This document shows, piece by piece, positions 8,859 to 18,029 of a DNA stretch of 64,000 nt (its first letter is position 1; every line of letters starts with the position of its first letter). The DNA lies in contig CBDBZN010000019.1 of the NCBI GenBank assembly GCA_965213575.1, positions 9,534 to 73,533 on the forward strand, read 5' to 3'. The notes under the pieces are model-generated. The model had not been told where the DNA came from. It was given only the letters and a program-made list of their open reading frames with translations, and made no database searches. Source of the stretch: Chitinophagales bacterium (GTDB lineage Bacteria; Bacteroidota; Bacteroidia; Chitinophagales; JAUHXS01). The translations under genes and the position numbers were made by a program.

Positions 8859-10268
8859 ATGAATATTCTAAAAGGAATAACTTATTTAAGCTTACTCGCA
8901 TTCATTTTTACTTCTTGTAAAAAAGATAAAGACGATGATATACCAACTCCAACAACAACTACTAATACTTTTACAGTAACTATCGAAAATGTTGTTACAC
9001 CACAACCTTATTTCCAAAGTGGATCATTTGCAATACCTGTTGGTGCTACTGAACCAGGGCCAATTGAACCGGGTGGCGCTTATGAATTTACTATTAATGC
9101 AGGCCCGCATGTAACTCCCGGAGACGGAGGGACAAGACTTTCTTTTGCAACTATGTTTGTACAATCCAACGACTTATTTTTAGCGCCTGATGAATCAGGA
9201 ATCGAACTGTATGACGTATCAGGTAATGCACTAGGAGCTAGTGGAGCAGTGAATGTTACTGATCAAATAATGTTATGGGATGCCGGAACGGAAGTAAACG
9301 ACTCGACAGGCAGTTCAACTCAAAAACCTCAACAAGACCCAATGGCTGGAGATATAGGAACTGACCAAAATGGTGTTGTTACTGAAATCACCGGAAACTC
9401 TGATGGTGTAAATACACTTCCGGACGTTGATGAAGTTATAAGAGTGACAATCAGTAATCAAAATGGCACAGAGTTCTTAGTTCGCATAGAAAATGTATCA
9501 GATGATCAAACTATAGCTACACCAGCCTTAGGTGCAGGTACTACCGCAGCAGTCCCTATGTCTCCCGGAGTATATGTTGTACATACAGATGACAATCCAC
9601 TTTTTAATGTAGGAGAATCTGCCAGTGCAGGCCTTGAGGATATTGCTGAAGATGGATTTATTGATGTTGAAACTGCTAGAATAATAGCAAGTACCGGTTT
9701 GATAGTTCCACTTTCTCCTGGTGTTTGGGCAGTACATAATTCTAATGTTAATCCATTATTTAACTTAGGTGAAGAAGATTTTGGAGAAGGATTAGAAGCG
9801 ATTGCTGAAGATGGAGTACCTACAGAAGCTGCAGCTTCTTTAGCAACTAAATCAGGTGTTTCTGCCAGCAATTTATTCAACACAGGTATATCAGCATCTG
9901 GCCCAGGTGCTATCACACCGGGAGACATGTTTACCTTTACTTTTACAGCAAGTCAAGGCGATAGGTTATCATTAGCTACTATGTTTGTACAAAGTAATGA
10001 TTGGATTTATGCATTCCCTGAAAATGGAATTGCTCTATATAATGGCAATACTCCAGTTAGTGGTGATGTTACTAGCAGCATCTCATTGTATGATGTAGGT
10101 ACTGAAGCTGACGAATATCCGGGAGCTGGATTAAATCAAGTTATTCGCCAACCTAGTCTAAATACCGGAGCTGAAGATACTGATACTGATGTTAGATTAG
10201 TCACCAACCCTCCAGCAAATGTTTTACCTGCAAGTAACGTTATTAAAGTAACGATTACTCCTCAATAG
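8859..10268 (+). CDS. lipoprotein with repeated spondin_N-like modules
   Basis: Lipobox LLAFIFTSC. LSFATMFVQSNDLF and LSLATMFVQSNDWI, plus two SPGV(Y/W)(V/A)VH..NPLFN.GE...GLE.IAEDG segments, resemble bacterial spondin_N domains. Confidence 0.55.
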   Translation: MNILKGITYLSLLAFIFTSCKKDKDDDIPTPTTTTNTFTVTIENVVTPQPYFQSGSFAIPVGATEPGPIEPGGAYEFTINAGPHVTPGDGGTRLSFATMFVQSNDLFLAPDESGIELYDVSGNALGASGAVNVTDQIMLWDAGTEVNDSTGSSTQKPQQDPMAGDIGTDQNGVVTEITGNSDGVNTLPDVDEVIRVTISNQNGTEFLVRIENVSDDQTIATPALGAGTTAAVPMSPGVYVVHTDDNPLFNVGESASAGLEDIAEDGFIDVETARIIASTGLIVPLSPGVWAVHNSNVNPLFNLGEEDFGEGLEAIAEDGVPTEAAASLATKSGVSASNLFNTGISASGPGAITPGDMFTFTFTASQGDRLSLATMFVQSNDWIYAFPENGIALYNGNTPVSGDVTSSISLYDVGTEADEYPGAGLNQVIRQPSLNTGAEDTDTDVRLVTNPPANVLPASNVIKVTITPQ

Positions 10269-10285
10269 GATATTGAGATTGTAAT

Positions 10286-10321
10286 AAAAGGGTTGGGTTT
10301 TGTAAAATCCAACCCTTTTTA
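10286..10321 (+). terminator. rho-independent terminator after the spondin-like gene
   Basis: aaagggttgg / ccaacccttt 10-bp stem (10287-10296 and 10309-10318) followed by ttt. Confidence 0.7.
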
Positions 10322-10396
10322 ATTAGGGCCATTCGCAAGTAAGAAAATGAATGATACCAAGGTGTTCAATGCAATTTATAGGTGTAAATCACCCGG

Positions 10397-10742
10397 TTTT
10401 AATCAAAAAAGCCTAAAATCGAAGTTATTTTTGCAATGATTTCTTCTTACTTTTCATTTGCTTGAAAAAAAGAAAGTAACAAAAAAAAATCAAGGCTGAT
10501 TTTTCTTGCAAACAATCTCAGAAATGCTACCCAAAACAGCAGAAACCGCCACCTATTGGTGGCTTCATACATCTGATCTTTCTCTCCCTCTCAATTTCGA
10601 GATTGTAGTAGCTTGAAAAAAAGGCCGTTTTCCCACCCAGAGATTCAGAATTTAAATGTGCCTAACTTGATTGAAATTCAAAAATGGCAATTAAGATTAA
10701 TTTCTCTTTTGATACAATCTCTTAAATATCGAGGTAGTTTTT
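10397..10742 (+). repeat. intergenic mosaic repeat, copy A
   Basis: Aligns block-wise with 62208-62563. For example 10490-10527 vs 62351-62388 has 1 mismatch in 38 nt, and 10592-10653 matches 62465-62527. No conserved ORF. Confidence 0.85.
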
Positions 10743-10816
10743 ATTAATACTTGTCTATTTACTCAACAATGCCTCCCAATTCAAAAATCTGAAATTTGTA
10801 ATCTGTAATCTAAAAA

Positions 10817-11635
10817 TTATATCGCCACATCATATTCTCTCAAAGCTTCATTTAAAGAAGTCTTCTTATTAGTGGATTCTTTTCTTTTACCAATAATTAA
10901 AGCGCAAGTCACATTATACTCCCCGGCAGGAAATTTTTTGACATAACTACCCGGGATCACTACAGAACCTGCCGGCACCCTACCCTTATATTCCTTAGGT
11001 TCATTTCCACTTACATCAATGATTTTAGTAGACATAGTTAAAGTAACATTTGCGCCTAATACCGCTTCTCTTTCCACATGCACTCCTTCTACTACAATAC
11101 ATCTAGAACCAATAAAACAGTCATCTTCAATGATGACAGGAGCAGCCTGAACAGGCTCCAAAACCCCACCAATTCCTACACCTCCACTTAAATGTACATT
11201 TTTACCAATCTGAGCGCAAGACCCCACAGTTGCCCAGGTATCTACCATCGTACCTGAATCTACATAGGCACCTATATTAATATAAGACGGCATCATAATC
11301 ACTCCGGAAGACACATACGCTCCGTATCGAGCAATGGCATGTGGAACCACTCGTACACCTAACTTTTCATAGTTTTTTTTCAATGCCATTTTATCACGAA
11401 ATTCAAATGGGCCTACTTCAATAGTTTCCATTTTTTGAATAGGGAAATATAATATCACTGCTTTTTTAACCCATTCATTGACTTTCCACTCAGAATTACC
11501 CATTGGCTCCGCAGTCCTTAAACGGCCTTTATCTATTTCTTCCATCACTTCGCGTATAGTGCGTTGTACAGAATCATCTACTAATAAACTTATATCTTCC
11601 CAGGCTTGCTCGATAATTTTTTGATATTTACTCAT
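10817..11635 (-). CDS. dapD: 2,3,4,5-tetrahydropyridine-2,6-dicarboxylate N-succinyltransferase
   Basis: 272 aa. N-terminal helical domain (IIEQAWED...) followed by left-handed beta-helix hexapeptide repeats (GAYVDSGTMVDTWATVGSCAQIGKNVHLSGGVGIGG), typical of DapD. Confidence 0.85.
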   Translation of the reverse strand: MSKYQKIIEQAWEDISLLVDDSVQRTIREVMEEIDKGRLRTAEPMGNSEWKVNEWVKKAVILYFPIQKMETIEVGPFEFRDKMALKKNYEKLGVRVVPHAIARYGAYVSSGVIMMPSYINIGAYVDSGTMVDTWATVGSCAQIGKNVHLSGGVGIGGVLEPVQAAPVIIEDDCFIGSRCIVVEGVHVEREAVLGANVTLTMSTKIIDVSGNEPKEYKGRVPAGSVVIPGSYVKKFPAGEYNVTCALIIGKRKESTNKKTSLNEALREYDVAI

Positions 11636-11797
11636 ATTTTAATTGGGTTTTTCTTTTTTCATTACCTTCGTATTCGGCGAAGCTTTAATTTAGAATTAAA
11701 AGTTCTACAAGAACTAAACAAATATTTTAATGCTTTCTAAAATCGTTATTTAATATAATTGCATTAATTAAAGGAACCATAAAATAAAGGAGAAAAA

Positions 11798-12559
11798 ATG
11801 GAAAAGATAAATAAGTACGTATACTTCTTCCTATTCATAATAATATATGCTTGTCAGCCCGAAAAAGAAACCAAACAGGTCATAGAATGGTATGATGATG
11901 ATAAGACCAAAATTAAGAGTAAATATTATATGGTAGAGTCTGGAGATAGCATTTACAAAGAAGGTGCAGACAGTGGATATTTTGAATCAGGTAGCTTAAT
12001 GCACATAAAGAATTACAAAAAAGGTAAAATGGATGGTGTCCAACAAGTTTATAGCCCTGAAGGAATACTTGAAGAAGAAGCTGAATTTAAAAATGACCAA
12101 CCTAATGGTTATAGAAAGCTTTTTTATCCTACAGGCGAAGTAGAGATAGTAGAAACTTATAAAGATGGGGAATTTCACGGGCCATATAGAAAATACAGTG
12201 AAACGGGAAATATCATGGCCGAAGGTAATTATATTAACGGCACTATTAGTGGAATTTGGAATACCTATTATGAAAACGGAAAGCTAAAAGAAGCAGTTAC
12301 TTTTGAAAATAATGTAGAGAATGGGCCATATACTGCTTACTTCGATAATGGAAAAATTGAAGCAGAAGGTATATATAAAGATGGCAAAGAAGTTGGAGAG
12401 TTTAAATATTATTACAAAAACGGACAAATAAACTGCATTGGTACTTATAACAATGGATTGGATGATATGCATGAAACTTGTTATTATGAAGATGGGAAAT
12501 TAAGAAAAGAAGTGATACGAAAAGGCGGTACTACAGTTAAATATGAGGAGTATAACTAG
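11798..12559 (+). CDS. MORN-variant repeat lipoprotein (YwqK family-like)
   Basis: Lipobox IIIYAC. Repeated G..(N/D)G....Y(Y/F).(N/S)G.(L/I/K) units run throughout, e.g. KDGEFHGPYRKYSETGN and NGPYTAYFDNGKIEAEG. Confidence 0.6.
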   Translation: MEKINKYVYFFLFIIIYACQPEKETKQVIEWYDDDKTKIKSKYYMVESGDSIYKEGADSGYFESGSLMHIKNYKKGKMDGVQQVYSPEGILEEEAEFKNDQPNGYRKLFYPTGEVEIVETYKDGEFHGPYRKYSETGNIMAEGNYINGTISGIWNTYYENGKLKEAVTFENNVENGPYTAYFDNGKIEAEGIYKDGKEVGEFKYYYKNGQINCIGTYNNGLDDMHETCYYEDGKLRKEVIRKGGTTVKYEEYN

Positions 12560-12583
12560 ATAATCGGCGCTGGCGAACAATAT

Positions 12584-13378
12584 TTATATAGCAACAGGTG
12601 CTTTAATATGTGGATCAGGTGCATAATTAACCAATTCAAAATCCTCATATTTAAAACCAAAAATTGATTTAACATTAGGATTAATCTTCATGGTGGGCAA
12701 GCTTTTGGGCGTTCGACTCAACTGAAGGCGAGTTTGCTCCAAATGATTTAAATATAAATGTGCGTCTCCGAAAGTATGAATAAAATCTCCTACTTCTAAA
12801 TTACAAACTTGGGCAATCATCATAGTTAAGAGCGCATAAGAGGCTATGTTAAACGGTACGCCTAAAAAGACATCTGCACTTCGCTGATATAGCTGGCAAG
12901 ATAGCTTTCCGTCTGCAACATAAAATTGAAAAAGACAATGGCAAGGTGGAAGTGCCATATTTTCTATATCAGCTACATTCCAAGCACTAACTATTAATCT
13001 TCTGGAATTAGGATTATTTTTTATTTGATCTATAAGACTAGTTATTTGATCTATCTCCTTCCCATCTGGGGTTGGCCAAGAACGCCACTGATGGCCGTAG
13101 ACAGGCCCCAAATTGCCTCTTTCATCTGCCCATTCATCCCATATAGAAACTTTATTATCTTTTAAATATTTGATGTTTGTATCTCCTCGTAAAAACCATA
13201 ATAACTCATGAATTATAGATCTAAGATGCAATTTTTTAGTTGTTAAACAAGGGAACCCATCATTCAAATTAAACCGCATCTGATATCCAAATACGCTTAA
13301 AGTACCTGTTCCTGTCCGGTCTTCTTTTTTCATCCCGTTATCTACAATATGTTGTAAGAGATCTAAATATGCTTGCAT
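12584..13378 (-). CDS. thyA: thymidylate synthase
   Basis: [35 protein letters not shown] and C-terminal IKAPVAI. 264 aa. Confidence 0.95.
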   Translation of the reverse strand: MQAYLDLLQHIVDNGMKKEDRTGTGTLSVFGYQMRFNLNDGFPCLTTKKLHLRSIIHELLWFLRGDTNIKYLKDNKVSIWDEWADERGNLGPVYGHQWRSWPTPDGKEIDQITSLIDQIKNNPNSRRLIVSAWNVADIENMALPPCHCLFQFYVADGKLSCQLYQRSADVFLGVPFNIASYALLTMMIAQVCNLEVGDFIHTFGDAHLYLNHLEQTRLQLSRTPKSLPTMKINPNVKSIFGFKYEDFELVNYAPDPHIKAPVAI

Positions 13379-13507
13379 AGGATAAAATTAATATTAAATG
13401 ATCTAAAATTTGAACTTATATCAAAAGGAAAATATTCTATAAGAGCTAGGCAAAAGCTCCTATAATTTTTCTTGCTTTTTTCAGGATAAATATTGTATTT
13501 TTATTTC

Positions 13508-13882
13508 ATGTCGAAGCCTTTATCTGTAGCCCTTATCACATTTTTTTTATTTATAGTTAATGGTTATGCGCAAAATCATACGGATTCGCCCTTTATCGAC
13601 TCTACAAAAACTCATTATTTTATTCCAAACTCCTTCTCCCCTAATGGAGACTTCAAAAATGATTTACTTTTTATATATGCTCCACATCTAAGGGAGATAG
13701 AATGGTCTATATATGATAGCCGGGGTAAAATGATATTCTACACAACCGAGATTAGCCAAAGTTGGAATGGAACATATAATGGTGAGGTAATGAATGAAGA
13801 AAATTACTTTTACACGCTTAAAGCTAAAACTAAAGAAGGGAAAGCAATTTTAGGTAAAGGGTCGATTGCAATTATACAATAA
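13508..13882 (+). CDS. small secreted protein: signal peptide plus T9SS type-B (CHU_C / gliding-motility-associated) C-terminal sorting domain only
   Basis: ATG at 13508 (MSKPLSVALITFFLFIVNGYAQ), then about 15 aa, then FIPNSFSPNGDFKNDLLFIYAP...WNGTYNG...YFYTLKAK...GSIAIIQ, the CHU_C-type CTD. Confidence 0.7.
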   Translation: MSKPLSVALITFFLFIVNGYAQNHTDSPFIDSTKTHYFIPNSFSPNGDFKNDLLFIYAPHLREIEWSIYDSRGKMIFYTTEISQSWNGTYNGEVMNEENYFYTLKAKTKEGKAILGKGSIAIIQ

Positions 13883-14020
13883 CAGCAAGTATAATTTTTA
13901 TATAACTAACTTTTCTAATCACGTATAATCAACCAAATATTATTAAAATATTTTGGATTCAATTAAAAAATTATTTTTTAATTTTTCCTTTTTTTCAACT
14001 ATATATTGTATTTTCATTTA

Positions 14021-15266
14021 ATGCGAGTTTGTTTATTTTCAGCATTTTTAGCCATTAGTATGTTAGGAAGCATTGCCCAAAATTTAGTGCTTAATGGCAG
14101 CTTTGAAGACTTTACCTCTTGCCCCAGTTCTTATAGTCAGATATCTAGAGCACCTGATTGGCGCGAGCTACAAGCCTCGCCTGATTATATGCATAGTTGC
14201 AATACTGGAGATCTAAGTGTGCCTGATAATGTTTACGGCTCTCAAAATGCCAGAACAGGAGAGGGTTATATAGGCCTGTTAGCATACTTTTCAGGAGGTG
14301 ATGCTAGAGAATATGCTTATAGTCCACTTATTTGTCCACTAGATAGTGGAAGCGAATATTACATGGAATTTTACGTGAGTTTAGCAGAAAGGTCTGAATA
14401 TTCCGTGGCTACTATCGGCGCATTGTTTACCAGTGATCCTCAACCAAACCCAAACAAACAAGCTATTGAAGATACTCCTCAAGTAGAGAGTCCTGTGTCA
14501 AATGCTATAATAGATGTAAATGATTGGACCAAAATATCGGGATATTTTACAGCGGAGGGTAATTATACACATATAGTTATTGGCAACTTTCAAACGGAAG
14601 CTAATTCAAACATTACCGAGATAGACGATCCCGGGACAGGATTAGGCGAGGCGTATTATTATATAGAAGATGTACTTATACAACCAGTAAATCCTGAAAT
14701 ATTTAACAATCACAGGAGATACCGTATTTTGCTTGGAAGATATAGCTGATAGCATCACTGTTAGTTTGATAGCAAGTGGTTCAGATGGATTAGTATGGGT
14801 AGCCACAGACAACCCTTCAGATACGCTTGCAGAAGGCAGCACCTTTTCGGCTACTATTTCATCAACGACATCATATATATTGAAAGGAGAATGTGGTTTA
14901 AATTATCCATTTACTATTAGCATTGATTCTTGTTTGACTGATACTATTCCTGACGCTACCGACTCTACTTCAATATTAGATTCTTTAAATAATAATATTT
15001 TATTTATTCCCAATTCCTTTTCGCCAAATGGAGATTCAAAAAATGATTTACTTTTTGTATATGCTCCAAATTTGAGTACTATAGAGTGGATCATACATGA
15101 CAAGTTTGGGAAAAAAGTATTTTATACTACCGATATTAAACAAGGTTGGAATGGAACCTATTACAATAAACCGGTAAATGAAGGGAACTACATCTATACG
15201 CTTAAAGCTAAGACTGAAGAGGGAGGACCAATTTTTAAGAAAGGATCTATTACGGTAGTAAGATAA
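14021..15266 (+). pseudogene. T9SS type-B CTD cargo protein, split by a 1-nt frameshift near 14691-14712
   Basis: ORF 14006..14749 has a signal peptide and an NLVLNGSFEDFTSCP... domain but no CTD. ORF 14733..15266 has no signal peptide but carries the CTD (FIPNSFSPNGDSKNDLLFVYAP...). The second frame is open back to 14691, giving ...NPEI-LTITGDTVFCLEDIADS... Confidence 0.7.
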
Positions 15267-15305
15267 ACAAATTATAATTCGAAACTATAAATTTAGAACT
15301 AGCAA

Positions 15306-16496
15306 CTAAAGGCTCTTTCTCCTATTTAGTTCTTTGTTAATCAGTTGAAGTTCTCTCCCCACCTGCCCTGCTACAGAAGTATTTTCCTGAGCACGCCTAT
15401 TTAGATAAGGAACAACTTCTTCCACCGGCCCATAAGGAATATATTTAGTAACATAATACCCGGCATGAGCTAAATTAAAAGATATATGGTCACTCATCCC
15501 ATAAAGTTGAGCAAAAAATATCCGCTCATTATTTCTTTCTATATTTTTTTCGTCAATCAATTGTGCTAATAGCTTACAACTCTCTTCATTATGAGAAGCA
15601 ACACACAGGGCTACACCAGTGTGATATTGCATACAAAATTCGATTGCTGTATTATAATCCTTATCAGTAGCGGCTTTATCAGGCTGTATGGGTGAGGGAT
15701 AATCTAGTTCTTTTGCCCTGACTCGCTCCTTTTCCATATAAGCACCCCGAACGAGCTTAACTGCTAATATATAATTATATTTCTGAGCGTGATCGTAAGA
15801 TTTTCTCAGAAAATCGAATCTATCGTGACGATATAGTTGAATGGTATTATAAACAATTGCCTTTTGTTTATTGTAGGCTTGCATCATCTCTATTGTCAAA
15901 TCATCAATGGCTTTTTGCACCCAACTTTCTTCTGCATCTACAAAAATTCCTGTGTCGTTTTGTGAGCCTGCCTCACAGATCGCATTTAATCTATGCTTAA
16001 TCTTACCAAATTCCAATGCTTCATTTTCCGACAATGGTTTGCCTGCACTTACTTTTTCAAGCAATGCAAATCTTCCTAAACCGGTTATTTTTAGGCTGAT
16101 TAAAGGAATACTTTTTTTAACTTTTGCATATTTAATTGATTCAATGATATTATCTCTGGTTTTATTAAAGTCTGCTTCTGATTCTTTTGCTTCCAATGCG
16201 TAGTCAAGAATAACACCAATGTTATATTTTTCTAACTGATCAATCGTTTTTTTACATTTTGCCAACGTCTCTCCTCCACAAAATTGCTCATATATTGTCT
16301 GTTTAATCATATATTTAGCACCCGGCAAATGCAACTTAATAGACCAGTCAGCCAATTTAGTACCAATTTGTGTTAACGTAGGATTTCCGATCACTTTAAA
16401 AAGCAACTTTGCCTTTTTTAAGTCTTCATTAGATTGAGAGGCAAAAGCAATTGCTGTATCGTTAAAACTTAATAATTTATCTTTTTCTTTAGTCAT
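15306..16496 (-). CDS. proline dehydrogenase family protein
   Basis: 396 aa. C-terminal FAQLYGMSDHISFNLA..GY.VTKYIPYGPVEEVVPYLNRRAQENTS is characteristic of monofunctional PRODH. Confidence 0.8.
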   Translation of the reverse strand: MTKEKDKLLSFNDTAIAFASQSNEDLKKAKLLFKVIGNPTLTQIGTKLADWSIKLHLPGAKYMIKQTIYEQFCGGETLAKCKKTIDQLEKYNIGVILDYALEAKESEADFNKTRDNIIESIKYAKVKKSIPLISLKITGLGRFALLEKVSAGKPLSENEALEFGKIKHRLNAICEAGSQNDTGIFVDAEESWVQKAIDDLTIEMMQAYNKQKAIVYNTIQLYRHDRFDFLRKSYDHAQKYNYILAVKLVRGAYMEKERVRAKELDYPSPIQPDKAATDKDYNTAIEFCMQYHTGVALCVASHNEESCKLLAQLIDEKNIERNNERIFFAQLYGMSDHISFNLAHAGYYVTKYIPYGPVEEVVPYLNRRAQENTSVAGQVGRELQLINKELNRRKSL

Positions 16497-16587
16497 TATA
16501 AGGTTTCCGTAAAAATATATCTTATAGTTTATATTTTGAGGCTTCGTTTAATTTTAAATTTTTAATTTTAAATCCTAAAATAAATAA

Positions 16588-17547
16588 ATGAGTAGAGAAG
16601 TAATATTAATTACGGGTACATGTGGACAAATAGGAACAGAATTAGCCGTAAACCTCAGAGAAAAATTTGGAGAAGATAATGTAATAGCATCAGATATTAT
16701 AGAACCAAATAGCATTTTATCCTCAAATGGTCCTTTTGAACATATTGATATTTTAGATAAAGATACTTTACTATATGTTGTAAAGAAATATGGGGTTACT
16801 CAAATCTATCACCTTGCTTCACTTCTATCTGCTACCGGAGAAAAGAATCCTAAGTTAGCTTGGGAAGTGAATATGAATGGCTTGCTCAATATATTAGACT
16901 TAGCAAAAGAGCAAAAACTCAATAAAGTATTTTGGCCCAGTTCAATAGCAGTATTTGGCCCGACTACGCCTAAAATAAATACTCCTCAGGTAGTTATCAC
17001 AGAACCCAGTACAGTATACGGGATTAGTAAACTTGCAGGAGAAAGATGGTGTGATTATTATTATCAAAAGTATGGATTAGATGTTAGAAGTATTCGATAC
17101 CCGGGGTTGATTAGTTATAAAACACTTCCGGGTGGTGGTACAACTGATTATGCGGTAGATATCTATTTTAAAGCAGTACAAGAACAAAAATATGAATGCT
17201 TCCTCAAGAAAGATACGAAGTTACCTATGATGTATATGGATGATGCTATTCGTGGCACTATTGACCTTATGCAGGCACCGGCAGAAAATATAACAGTGCG
17301 TTCCAGCTATAACTTTAATGCATTAAGCTTTACTCCAGAAGAAATTGCTAAGGCTATTAAAAAAGAGATCTTAGACTTTGAAATTTCTTACAATCCGGAT
17401 TTTAGGCAAGCAATCGCCAACTCTTGGCCACAAAGTATTGATGATTCAATGGCTAGAGAAGATTGGAATTGGAAACCTACTTTTGATTTGAAAGAAATGA
17501 CTAAAGATATGCTAGAAAATATAAGTAAATCATTAGTGGCAAAATAG
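16588..17547 (+). CDS. tdh: L-threonine 3-dehydrogenase, UDP-galactose-4-epimerase-like (short-chain) type
   Basis: ITGTCGQIGTEL Rossmann motif, SATGEKNP, YGISK catalytic motif, PGGGTTDYAVDIY and PDFRQAIANSWPQSIDDS. These match the SDR-type TDH of flavobacteria. Confidence 0.75.
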   Translation: MSREVILITGTCGQIGTELAVNLREKFGEDNVIASDIIEPNSILSSNGPFEHIDILDKDTLLYVVKKYGVTQIYHLASLLSATGEKNPKLAWEVNMNGLLNILDLAKEQKLNKVFWPSSIAVFGPTTPKINTPQVVITEPSTVYGISKLAGERWCDYYYQKYGLDVRSIRYPGLISYKTLPGGGTTDYAVDIYFKAVQEQKYECFLKKDTKLPMMYMDDAIRGTIDLMQAPAENITVRSSYNFNALSFTPEEIAKAIKKEILDFEISYNPDFRQAIANSWPQSIDDSMAREDWNWKPTFDLKEMTKDMLENISKSLVAK

Positions 17548-17569
17548 TGGCAGGTGGATATATGAAGCA

Positions 17570-17614
17570 GGAAATGCTACACTTCAAGCTGACGGCTTGA
17601 AGTGTAGCATTTCC
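17570..17614. terminator. perfect 20-bp hairpin between convergent tdh and the SiaC-like gene, possibly a bidirectional terminator
   Basis: ggaaatgctacacttcaagc (17570-17589) pairs perfectly with gcttgaagtgtagcatttcc (17595-17614), with loop tgacg. There is no canonical U tract on either side. Confidence 0.4.
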
Positions 17615-17634
17615 AATAAGATAAATAAACTTTT

Positions 17635-18015
17635 TTATTCTTCCATCATCACCAGCTCGACTGGAACTTTCACAATGCTTTCGTAATCTTCTCCTGCTTC
17701 TTGCATGTCTTCATCATCCTCTTCGTAATGCCATTTTATAGTTACTTTAGATCCACTTTCATGAAGCTTTTCTAATTTTCTGAAAATATCTAAAATACAC
17801 TTTGAAGAACTAGTATTAAAATACTCCAGTTTAAAGTGAAAAATAGTTTCAGGATTTGCATTTCCAGAATAATTATCCAGCCAATCAAAAACAGGCTTAT
17901 AGAATTCTGTTGAATTTTCCGGAATTGATCTTCCCTCAATTTCAAAAACTTTTGCATCCGCATCTAAACGAACTTTTGGCGTTTTAGAAGTTGGCTCTAT
18001 ATTTACAGCATTCAT
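17635..18015 (-). CDS. DUF1987 / SiaC-like regulatory phosphoprotein
   Basis: 126 aa. PKVRLDADAKVFEIEGRSIPENSTEFYKPVFDWLDNY...FKLEYFNTSSSKCILDIFRKLE matches the SiaC/DUF1987 pattern. Confidence 0.7.
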   Translation of the reverse strand: MNAVNIEPTSKTPKVRLDADAKVFEIEGRSIPENSTEFYKPVFDWLDNYSGNANPETIFHFKLEYFNTSSSKCILDIFRKLEKLHESGSKVTIKWHYEEDDEDMQEAGEDYESIVKVPVELVMMEE

Positions 18016-18029
18016 ATTATCTCCTACTT

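Noticed and set aside
9506-9928. 140-aa antisense ORF inside the spondin-like gene, and similar antisense ORFs at 5823..6176, 15907..16203, 43914..44216, 52568..52894 and 31848..32198
   Set aside because: Each lies wholly inside, and opposite to, a gene with strong motif support. Their composition is low-complexity, as expected for shadow frames.
10797-10810. tgtaatc tandem pair next to the dapD stop
   Set aside because: Two copies of a 7-mer are within chance expectation.
16548-16573. 12-mer ttaattttaaat repeated at 14-nt spacing in the PRODH/tdh divergent promoter region
   Set aside because: It is pure A/T low-complexity sequence and could arise by chance. There is no supporting context.
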